A stretch of DNA of 63,373 nucleotides, the filler included, from an uncultured bacterium (GTDB lineage Bacteria; DAOPZR01): NCBI GenBank assembly GCA_964637655.1. It is 3 parts of 3 records of this genome, joined end to end, with 100 filler letters (N's around TTAATTAATTAA, not from the genome) between each part and the next. Parts side by side here need not be neighbours in the genome. Positions count along the whole stretch, not along the records: positions 42,899 to 63,373 come from CAZWUZ010000027.1; 2 more parts are not named here. One strand, given 5' to 3'. Shown piece after piece: positions 56,010 to 63,373 of the stretch. Below the pieces are notes generated by a model. That model saw only the letters and a program-made list of their open reading frames with translations, did no database searches and was not told the DNA's origin. Each line of letters begins with the position of its first letter. The first letter of the stretch is position 1. The translations under genes and the position numbers were made by a program.

Positions 56010-56912
56010 ATGACGTACCGCATGGCGCATCTCGACGCGCTCGAAGCCGAGAGCATCCATATCCTCCGCGAAACCGTCGCCGCGTGCGACCGCCCGGTCA
56101 TGCTCTATTCCGTGGGCAAGGACTCCTCGGTCATGGTCCGCCTCGCGCAGAAGGCCTTCGCCCCCGGGCGTTTCCCCTTCCCGCTGCTGCACGTCGACAC
56201 CGCGCTCAAGTTCCCGGCGATGTACGCGTTCCGCGACCGCATGGTGCGCGACCTCGGGGCGCAGCTGCTCATCCACCGCCACCCGTCCGGGGTGGACGGG
56301 AGCGTGCGCCCGTGGCGGCAGGGAACCGTCACCTGCTGCGCCGCGCTCAAGACGCGCGCGCTGCTCGACGCGCTCGCCGCGGGCGGGTTCGACGCCGCTT
56401 TCGGCGGCGCCCGCCGCGAGGAGGAACGCTCGCGCGCCAAGGAGCGCATCTTCTCCTTCCGCGACGCGCACGGGCAGTGGGACCCGAAGAACCAGCGCCC
56501 CGAGCTCTGGTCGCTGTACAATACCCGCCATAACCCCGGCGAATCGCTGCGCGTCTTCCCGCTCAGCAACTGGACGGAACTCGACGTCTGGCACTACATC
56601 CACCGCGAACAGATCCCCGTGGTGCCGATGTACTTCGCGCGCCGGCAGCCGATGGTGGTCCGCGGCGAGCAGCTCATCCCCGTGCATCCCGACCTGCCGC
56701 TGCAGCCCGGGGAGCAGCCGCAGGAGGTGTGCTGCCGCTTCCGCACGCTCGGCTGCTGGCCCTGCACGGGCGCGGTCCGCTCCACCGCCGCCGACATTCC
56801 GGCCATCATCGCCGAACTGGTCGCCGCCCGCCATTCCGAGCGCATTACCCGCATCATCGACCATGACACCGACGGCTCGATGGAACAGAAAAAACTGGAA
56901 GGATACTTTTAA
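56010..56912 (+). CDS. cysD: Sulfate adenylyltransferase subunit 2
   Basis: [68 protein letters not shown]. Confidence 0.96.
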   Translation: MTYRMAHLDALEAESIHILRETVAACDRPVMLYSVGKDSSVMVRLAQKAFAPGRFPFPLLHVDTALKFPAMYAFRDRMVRDLGAQLLIHRHPSGVDGSVRPWRQGTVTCCAALKTRALLDALAAGGFDAAFGGARREEERSRAKERIFSFRDAHGQWDPKNQRPELWSLYNTRHNPGESLRVFPLSNWTELDVWHYIHREQIPVVPMYFARRQPMVVRGEQLIPVHPDLPLQPGEQPQEVCCRFRTLGCWPCTGAVRSTAADIPAIIAELVAARHSERITRIIDHDTDGSMEQKKLEGYF

Positions 56913-58906
56913 TGGCCGGCAGAAAACCCGCCGGCAGCCGCAGGCGACCGCCAGCGTCAAGCCGGGCCGGCAGGAAGACCGCCGGCAGCCGCGGGGCGCC
57001 TGACAGCAACACCTTCCTCGCGCAGGACGCCGCCAAAGACCTGCTGCGTTTCTGCACCGCGGGGAGCGTCGACGACGGCAAGTCGACACTCATCGGGCGG
57101 CTGCTGTATGACAGCAAACTGGTCTGCGAGGACCATCTCGGGGCGCTGCAGCGCGACTCGGCGCAGCGGGGGAGCGTGGCGGGCGGCATCGACTACGCGC
57201 TGCTGCTCGACGGGCTGCGTGCCGAGCGCGAGTCGAACATCACCATCGACGTCGCCTACCGCTACTTCGCCACGCCCCGCCGCAAGTTCATCATCGCCGA
57301 CACCCCCGGTCACGAGCAGTACACGCGCAACATGGTGACGGGGGCGTCGACCAGCGACGCGGCGGTGGTGCTCGTCGATGCGCAGGCGGGGGTCGTCACC
57401 CAGACCCGCCGCCACCTCTTTCTCATGTCGCTGCTCGGGTTGCGGCATGTGATCGTCGCGGTCAACAAGATGGACCTCGTCGGCTATGCCGAGGCGCCCT
57501 TCCGCGCCATCGTCGCCGAACTGCTCGACTTCGCCCAGCGGCTCGATATCCCCGGGCTGTCGTTTATCCCGGTCGCCGCGCTGCACGGGGAGAATATCAC
57601 GCAGCCGTCAGCGCTCCTCCCCTGGTACCAGGGCCCGACGCTGCTCGCCGCGCTCGAATCCCTGCCGCTGACCGGCACGCGCAACTTCACCGACCTGCGC
57701 TTCCCCGTGCAGCTCGTGCTGCGCCCGCATCAGAATTTCCGCGGCTATGCCGGCACCGTCGCCTCGGGCATCATCCGCCGCGGCGACGAGATCATGGTCC
57801 TCCCCTCGGGGCAGCGCAGCACCGTCGCGGACATCCACGGGCCGCAGGGCAAACTCGCCGAGGCCTTCGCCGGGCAGGCCGTGACGGTGACGCTCACCGA
57901 TGAACGCGACGTCAGCCGCGGCTGCATGCTGGTGCGCCCGCTCAATGTCCCGCAGGTCACCACCGCCTGCGAGGCGCTGCTCGTCTGGCTGGCGGAAACA
58001 CCGCTGCGCGTCGGTGCGCAGTACCTCATCAAACACACGACCAGTACCGTGCCGGGCGAAATCGCCGCGCTGCGCTATGCCATCGACGTCAACACCCTGC
58101 ACCGCCGCGATGCCGCCACGCTCGGGCTCAATGACATCGGGCGCGTCGCCATGCGCTTTACCCGCCCGCTCTTCACCGACCCGTACGCGCGCAACCGCGC
58201 CACCGGCGCCTTCATCGTCATCGACCGCGCCACCAATGCCACCGTCGGGGCGGGCATGGTGCTCGACCGCCCGGTCAACCGGCTGCAGCCGACCGCGCCC
58301 CTCCCGGGCGCACCGCGCAGCGGCCCGCTGCCCGACGTCGGCGGCATTGCCACTGCCGAGCGCGCGCGGCGCCTCGGACAGCAGCCCTGCACGCTCTGGC
58401 TCACCGGACTGCCGCGCTCGGGCAAGACCCCGCTCGCCGTGGCGCTCGAACGCGCGCTCTTCGACCTCGGGTATACCCCGCACCTGCTGGCCGGCAGCGC
58501 CCTGCGCCGCACCCTGGCCGCCGACCTCGGTTTTACCGCTGATGACCGCCGCGAGAACGTGCGCCGCGGCGCCGCGCTCGCCCGCTACTGCAACGACCTC
58601 GGGCTCATCACCCTCGCCGTCTTCGCCTCGCCGTATGCCGCCGACCGCACCGCCGCGAAAGCCGCCATCGGCGCGGAACGTTTTCTCGAGGTCCACTGTA
58701 ATGCCCCGCGCGCGGTATGCGCGCAGCGCGACCCGGAACTCTATGCCCGCGCGGAGCGCGGTGAGGTGGAGGAATTTACCGGGATTTCGTCGCCCTACGA
58801 ACCGCCCGCCGCGCCCGACTTCGTCTTTGCCGTCCACGAACAATCCGTGGACACCGCCGTCGCCGCGCTGCTCGAACTCCTGCGCACGCGCGGCTTCATC
58901 AGCTGA
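56912..58906 (+). CDS. cysNC: Bifunctional CysN/CysC (ATP sulfurylase GTPase subunit + APS kinase domain)
   Basis: TAGSVDDGKSTLIGRLL, DTPGHEQYTRNM, NKMD; C-terminal WLTGLPRSGKT...FTGISSPYEPP. Confidence 0.93.
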   Translation: MAGRKPAGSRRRPPASSRAGRKTAGSRGAPDSNTFLAQDAAKDLLRFCTAGSVDDGKSTLIGRLLYDSKLVCEDHLGALQRDSAQRGSVAGGIDYALLLDGLRAERESNITIDVAYRYFATPRRKFIIADTPGHEQYTRNMVTGASTSDAAVVLVDAQAGVVTQTRRHLFLMSLLGLRHVIVAVNKMDLVGYAEAPFRAIVAELLDFAQRLDIPGLSFIPVAALHGENITQPSALLPWYQGPTLLAALESLPLTGTRNFTDLRFPVQLVLRPHQNFRGYAGTVASGIIRRGDEIMVLPSGQRSTVADIHGPQGKLAEAFAGQAVTVTLTDERDVSRGCMLVRPLNVPQVTTACEALLVWLAETPLRVGAQYLIKHTTSTVPGEIAALRYAIDVNTLHRRDAATLGLNDIGRVAMRFTRPLFTDPYARNRATGAFIVIDRATNATVGAGMVLDRPVNRLQPTAPLPGAPRSGPLPDVGGIATAERARRLGQQPCTLWLTGLPRSGKTPLAVALERALFDLGYTPHLLAGSALRRTLAADLGFTADDRRENVRRGAALARYCNDLGLITLAVFASPYAADRTAAKAAIGAERFLEVHCNAPRAVCAQRDPELYARAERGEVEEFTGISSPYEPPAAPDFVFAVHEQSVDTAVAALLELLRTRGFIS

Positions 58907-58921
58907 CCGCCCGTAGCTCAC

Positions 58922-58954
58922 AAAAAACCCGGGGGCGGATTTCCCCCGGGCTTT
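58922..58954. terminator. Bidirectional terminator between convergent cysNC and amidohydrolase
   Basis: AAAAAACCCGGGGG...CCCCCGGGCTTT. Confidence 0.75.
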
Positions 58955-58971
58955 GCTGTCTGCTGCTGCGG

Positions 58972-60501
58972 TCAGCGCTTGCGCGGCGCCTTGCGCGCGG
59001 GTTTCTTCACCGCGCACTTCTTCGGGGCGCCCGTACCGCACACCGTGCCGACCTTCTGCTTGTAGGCGATGACCAGTTCCGCCAGTTCGCTCACCTGCGC
59101 CTTGATCTTCTCCGCGTCCAGCGTCGGGTAGCGGTAATCGTCGCGGACGAGCACGCCGTTGGCCACAACGTAGCGCGCTTCGTTGCCGTTGCTCGCCCAG
59201 ATCAGGTTTTCCACCACGTTATCGAGGCGCGTCGGGGTCATGTTCGCCCCGCGCGTGTCAATCAGCACCACGCTGGCGTCACGTCCCTGTTCCAGCGTGC
59301 CGCAGTTGAGCCCGAGGATGCGCGCGGGGATGCGCGTGATCATCTCCAGCACCTGCTGCGCCGGCAGCAGTGACGCGTCCTGGTGCAGCGCCTTCTGGTA
59401 CTGCGAGGCGAGACGTGCCGCCCCGAGAATGTTCTGGTTGTCCGCGCTCCCCGAGCCGTCAGTCGAGATGGCAACATCGATTCCCTGCTTGAGCATGTCG
59501 ATGACCGGGGGCATGCCCGAGCCGAGGATGGTGTTGGCCAGCGGGTTGTGCACCACCTTGGCCCGGCGTTTCGCCAGCAGCTTGAGGTCGTTGGGCGTGC
59601 AGTTGACCTGGTGGGCGAGCACCGTGCGGTCGTCGAGGATGCCGATACGGTCGAAGTACTCGACCGGGGTCTCCCCGTACTCCTTGCGGAACCACGCCGT
59701 GGTGCGCGGCTCCTCGGCGGAATGGATATGCAGCAGTTCGTTATGGGCGCGCGCCCACGCCTTGAGCCCCTTGAGGATCTCCGGGCCGTTGGAGAAACAC
59801 TGGTCGGGCCCGGGCACGAGGCGCAGGCGCGGGGTGCCACCGAACTGCGCGAACCAGTCATCCATGCGCTTGACCGCCACCGAAGCGGGAACGTCGAGGA
59901 TGCGCGGGTCGTAGTTGCGGTCCTGCGACCCGACGGCGACGATCATCGTCGTGCCGGCAGCGCGGTTCGCCTCGACGATTTCCGCCACGCGGTACTTGTT
60001 GTGGTTGCAGTGATGCACCATCGACGCGGTGATGCCGTAGGAGAGATCGTCGAGCCGCGCCTTGATATAGGTCACGTAGTTGGGTGAACAGCCGAAGCGC
60101 TTCGTCAGCGCCGCGCGGTTCTCGTTCATGTAGCCGGTGAAGAGGTTGACCGCGCCGTCGAGCCACTCGGTCAGCGGCACGTCCTTGGCCACCCCGATGA
60201 GCGGGGACTCATGGTCATGCCCGTGCGCCTTGACGAAACCGGGGAGGAGCACGCCGCGGTGTTTGACCAGGTCGCTCTCCTGCGTCACCCCCTGCCGGCC
60301 GCCGATAACCCGCAGCTGCTGCCCGTAGCGGGCCACGATATTCCTGCCGATGGCGGGGGTGTACTTCCCGCTCGCGGCGATGCGCTCGCCGTCCATGAGC
60401 ACGTAGCCGTCGGCGATGCGCTCGGCCGGGCCGTTGGGGCCGTCCATCGGGAGCATGAACTCCGCGCGGATGAACAGGTACTGCCAGCGATTCTTCGTCA
60501 T
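58972..60501 (-). CDS. Amidohydrolase (MtaD/guanine-deaminase-like)
   Basis: LLPGFVKAHGH, HIHSAEE, VLAHQV, HNPLAN, ISTDG; promoter TTGACG-N18-TATACT at 60528-60557; RBS AAGGAG. Confidence 0.88.
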   Translation of the reverse strand: MTKNRWQYLFIRAEFMLPMDGPNGPAERIADGYVLMDGERIAASGKYTPAIGRNIVARYGQQLRVIGGRQGVTQESDLVKHRGVLLPGFVKAHGHDHESPLIGVAKDVPLTEWLDGAVNLFTGYMNENRAALTKRFGCSPNYVTYIKARLDDLSYGITASMVHHCNHNKYRVAEIVEANRAAGTTMIVAVGSQDRNYDPRILDVPASVAVKRMDDWFAQFGGTPRLRLVPGPDQCFSNGPEILKGLKAWARAHNELLHIHSAEEPRTTAWFRKEYGETPVEYFDRIGILDDRTVLAHQVNCTPNDLKLLAKRRAKVVHNPLANTILGSGMPPVIDMLKQGIDVAISTDGSGSADNQNILGAARLASQYQKALHQDASLLPAQQVLEMITRIPARILGLNCGTLEQGRDASVVLIDTRGANMTPTRLDNVVENLIWASNGNEARYVVANGVLVRDDYRYPTLDAEKIKAQVSELAELVIAYKQKVGTVCGTGAPKKCAVKKPARKAPRKR

Positions 60502-60602
60502 GGTTGTTCTCCTTTATGCAGGCATACAGTATACGTAATGACCGGCCGCGACGTCAAGCGCCGGTTGCGTTTTCCCGCCCAATATGTTAGATACTGGCAG
60601 TT

Positions 60603-60746
60603 ATGGAGACCAAGACACCCGGCAGCATCCCGCGTTCAACCGGACGGTCACTCTGGTTCTGGCTGGCCGTCCTGCTGCTGCCCATGGGATTTCTGCTGCT
60701 GCTGGCCGAACTGTGGCCGCAGCGGCGCAAGGAGCGTACCCCGTGA
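60603..60746 (+). CDS. 47-aa single-pass membrane peptide (not in ORF track)
   Basis: METKTPGSIPRSTGRSLWFWLAVLLLPMGFLLLLAELWPQRRKERTP*; the stop overlaps the next GTG start (GTGA). Confidence 0.55.
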   Translation: METKTPGSIPRSTGRSLWFWLAVLLLPMGFLLLLAELWPQRRKERTP

Positions 60747-63244
60747 CGGTTTACGGCGAGTGGCTGCGCAAGTTTATTGTCTGGGGCCTGGCCGCCTACA
60801 TCTTCCTCGTCTCGGTGATGTTCACCATCGCCACCGAGAACACCGTGCTGATCAAGGCGACCTTCGGGCAGACCCTGATCTTCGCGCTCACCTTCCTCTG
60901 GTTCGCCCGGCTCCTTGAGGAGGGGAAGTTCAAGTTCCTCCCTGCCGAGTTCAACGGGCCGCTGCTCTGGCTGCTGCTGGGCTGCACCCTGTCGCTGGCC
61001 ATCTCGCCGTTCCAGTACTACTCGCTGATGGAGATGGCGCATTACGTCTCGTACTTCCTCTCCGTCTGGCTGATCTACAACAACGTGCGCACGAAAAACG
61101 AGTTTCTGCTCCTGCTCTGGTCATTCGTCGCCGCCACGGTGTACAGCATCGGCTATGCCATCATCCAGAAGCTGGGGCTCGACCCGATTCAGTGGGGGAT
61201 GCCGGTCTTCATTTCGACCTATGGCAATGCCAACTTCTTCTCCGCCTACCTGATGTGCGCGCTGCCGCCGCTGCTGGCGATGTGCTTCGCCTTCCGCTCG
61301 TGGGTGGTGCGCGGGTTTGCCGCCGTGGTGCTGCTCGCCGGCATCTGGTGCCTCTACGTGGCCGAAACGCGCAGTGCGTGGCTCGGCTTCTTCGCCGCGC
61401 TCTTCGTCTTCTTCTGCCTGCAGGTGCTCTGGGGGCGCCTCGCAGCGCAACTGCACCGCGTGCTGCTCGGTATCACTGTCGCGGCCATCGTCCTCACCGC
61501 GGTGTTTGCCATGCTGCAGTCCGCCATCTACACCGGCGTGCTGCCGATGCCGACCAGCGGCAGCAAGGCCTACGAACTGATGAGCATGTTCAAGGTCTCC
61601 TACGGAGTCGAGAAAGGCACCAACCAGGTGCGCATCGTCATGTGGATGGGCGCCGCCAAGATGTGGGCGGAAAAGCCGCTGCTCGGGCAGGGTATCGGTA
61701 CCTTCCGCCTGATGTTCCCGCGCTTCCGTCCCTCCTACTACCACCGCTGGGGCGTGAGTCATAACACCGACTACCCGCACAATGAGTATATCGGGGTGGC
61801 CGCTGATCAGGGGATGCTCGGGCTCATCCTCTTCGGCTGGTGCTGGTGGGCCTTCTTCCATGCCACCGGGCGCGGCATCATCAACGCGCGCGACCCGTTC
61901 TGGCGCCATATGCTCATCGGCCTCGTCTGCGCCTATATCGCGCATCTGACCGACAACGCCACCTCGCCGCACGTGCGCTGGCCCGCCACCGCGGTCGCTG
62001 CCTACTTCGTCCTCGGGCTTGGCTTCGTCGCGGTGCGCCTGATGCAGAACGCGCTGCCGCAGGTGCCGCGCGCGCTGCCGCTGACCCGCAACCTCAACCC
62101 GCTGAAGTACGTCGCCTACGGGCTGATGGTCGTCGTCTTCGCTTTTTCCGCTTTCTGTGAGTGGCAGGTCTACAAGGGCGAACTGCTGATGAAGCAGGGC
62201 GAGGCCTACCTGCAGGGCGCCGGGGGCGCGGTCAACGACAGCAACCGCCATATCTGGCAGGCCGCGCTCGAGACCTTCAGCGAGGCACGGCGCACCAACC
62301 CCTTCAACCACTCCGTGCTCTACAAACTCTCCTACATCCACCTGCAGATGGGCAGCCCGCAGCAGGCGCTCGACACCTACCGGGCGCTGATGGCCATCGC
62401 GCCGCATTACGCGCAGATCCACTACAATGTCGGGCTGGTCTACCAGTTGCTGGGCAAACCGTTCGAATCGCTCGAACAGTTCGCACTGGCCACCCGCATT
62501 GAGGACAACCCGAACAACCAGACGCTGCTCGGTTCGACGCTGATGAACCCGCCGCTACATGAATACCTCCGCGCGACCAACCGCTTCCCGCGCATCGCCG
62601 ACGCCGAGTTCTTCGACTGGACGTGGCACACCTATAACGCACACAATTTCCTGCGCAGCCGCGACCCCCGGCATCACGCCCTTGTGCAGGGCGAAATTGA
62701 TTTCTTCCGCTACCATTCGCGCAACCGTTTTGCCCGCTCGTTCTCGCTGACCGGCACCGCTTTCGGCCTCAACGGGGACACAAAGCGACAGCGCTATTAC
62801 TACCGCCGCACGCTGGTCTGGCATCCGTACGAAAGCGAGGCGCTGCTCCGGCAGGCGGAATTCGCCCGCGCCACCAACGATTTTTCGCGCTATGCTGAGT
62901 CGCTGACCGCGATCATCAGCAACACCTCTGCAACCGAAATCGGCGGAGACAATCTCGTCCGTAACAATTACATCATGGCGCTCAACGAGATCGGGCGCCA
63001 TGTCAGCCAGAACCAGAACAACAGCCAGTTCTGGGACCTGCTCGCCATTGGCAACCTCGCGCTTGGCGATCTGCCGAAAGCGCGTGATTGCGCGCGTAAT
63101 GCACTGGTCATCAACCCGGGCAACACGCTTGCCGCGGAACGGTTGCGCGTCATCGAGCAGCGACTGGCCCCGGCACCGGTTCCCGCAGCGCCAGCGCCAG
63201 CGCCGGTTCCCGGACCGGCAGGCAGTTTCAGTTTCGTCCGCTGA
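60743..63244 (+). CDS. O-antigen ligase / O-oligosaccharyltransferase-like (Wzy_C) membrane protein with C-terminal TPRs
   Basis: STYGNANFFSAYL, TRSAWLG, RIVMW.GA.KM..EKPLLGQGIGTF, PHNEY; TPR-like C-terminus. Start re-called at GTG 60743 (RBS AAGGAG). Confidence 0.85.
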   Translation: MTVYGEWLRKFIVWGLAAYIFLVSVMFTIATENTVLIKATFGQTLIFALTFLWFARLLEEGKFKFLPAEFNGPLLWLLLGCTLSLAISPFQYYSLMEMAHYVSYFLSVWLIYNNVRTKNEFLLLLWSFVAATVYSIGYAIIQKLGLDPIQWGMPVFISTYGNANFFSAYLMCALPPLLAMCFAFRSWVVRGFAAVVLLAGIWCLYVAETRSAWLGFFAALFVFFCLQVLWGRLAAQLHRVLLGITVAAIVLTAVFAMLQSAIYTGVLPMPTSGSKAYELMSMFKVSYGVEKGTNQVRIVMWMGAAKMWAEKPLLGQGIGTFRLMFPRFRPSYYHRWGVSHNTDYPHNEYIGVAADQGMLGLILFGWCWWAFFHATGRGIINARDPFWRHMLIGLVCAYIAHLTDNATSPHVRWPATAVAAYFVLGLGFVAVRLMQNALPQVPRALPLTRNLNPLKYVAYGLMVVVFAFSAFCEWQVYKGELLMKQGEAYLQGAGGAVNDSNRHIWQAALETFSEARRTNPFNHSVLYKLSYIHLQMGSPQQALDTYRALMAIAPHYAQIHYNVGLVYQLLGKPFESLEQFALATRIEDNPNNQTLLGSTLMNPPLHEYLRATNRFPRIADAEFFDWTWHTYNAHNFLRSRDPRHHALVQGEIDFFRYHSRNRFARSFSLTGTAFGLNGDTKRQRYYYRRTLVWHPYESEALLRQAEFARATNDFSRYAESLTAIISNTSATEIGGDNLVRNNYIMALNEIGRHVSQNQNNSQFWDLLAIGNLALGDLPKARDCARNALVINPGNTLAAERLRVIEQRLAPAPVPAAPAPAPVPGPAGSFSFVR

Positions 63245-63311
63245 TCAGTTTCGTCTGTTGCGCAGTTTTTCTGTTAGTCAGTTTCGTCTGTTGGTCGGTT
63301 TCATCCGTCAT
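63228..63311. repeat. Five degenerate ~17-bp tandem repeats (TCAGTTTCGTCTGTTGN)
   Basis: Units at 63228, 63245, 63262, 63278 and 63295. Confidence 0.7.
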
Positions 63312-63354
63312 AGCGGTTCTCCGGTCAAGCCGTTGTGTGCGTTGTCCAGCTTCC

Positions 63355-63373
63355 GGGCGGTTAGCTCAGCTGG
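63355..63373 (+). tRNA. 5' end of a tRNA (cut by window edge; possibly tRNA-Val, anticodon not visible)
   Basis: GGGCGGT-TA-GCTC-AGCTGG = acceptor stem 5' strand, U8A9 and D-arm. Confidence 0.7.

Noticed and set aside
63228-63311. Possible CRISPR array (also the 42-bp repeats at 30755-30909)
   Set aside because: Repeats are contiguous without unique spacers, and no cas genes are present.

Overview
High-GC bacterial sequence, probably a MAG or draft genome. It is three contigs joined by artificial N-TTAATTAATTAA-N linkers (21861-21960 and 42799-42898), so adjacency across those joins is not biological. Contig 1 (1-21860) starts with the 3' part of a giant (>2300 aa) repetitive beta-helix/FN3 surface protein that ends in a T9SS-like sorting domain and is followed by a PorV-family barrel. 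Next come an O2/metal-stress cluster (MCP-hemerythrin, flavodiiron FprA, Fur with its own Fur box, atypical QueD/PTPS, rubrerythrin, DUF4160/DUF2442 pair, ZupT, a P-type ATPase/ZIP chimeric remnant), NhaA, a stand-alone maltokinase-like gene and a second antiporter. It ends with an unlisted 45-aa ORF that has its own promoter and RBS and joins a double-glycine leader to a core resembling the N-terminus of R-body (Reb) proteins. Contig 2 (21961-42798) has dprA-trmFO-xerC running straight into a spirochaete/Firmicutes-type flagellar operon (flgB to fliY). That operon has two sigma28-like promoters, an inserted lytic transglycosylase, no motAB, and a 1032-aa FlgE with nested repeat domains. Contig 3 (42899-63373) carries an M49-like peptidase, ribokinase, NagZ, a sigma54 two-component pair, a DUF4139 protein, a porin, a NikR-nikMN-Q-O nickel uptake operon with a NikR box, cysD-cysNC, an amidohydrolase, a small membrane ORF coupled to an O-antigen-ligase/TPR protein, 17-bp tandem repeats and the 5' end of a tRNA. 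All family calls come from motif recognition by eye; no database searches were run.
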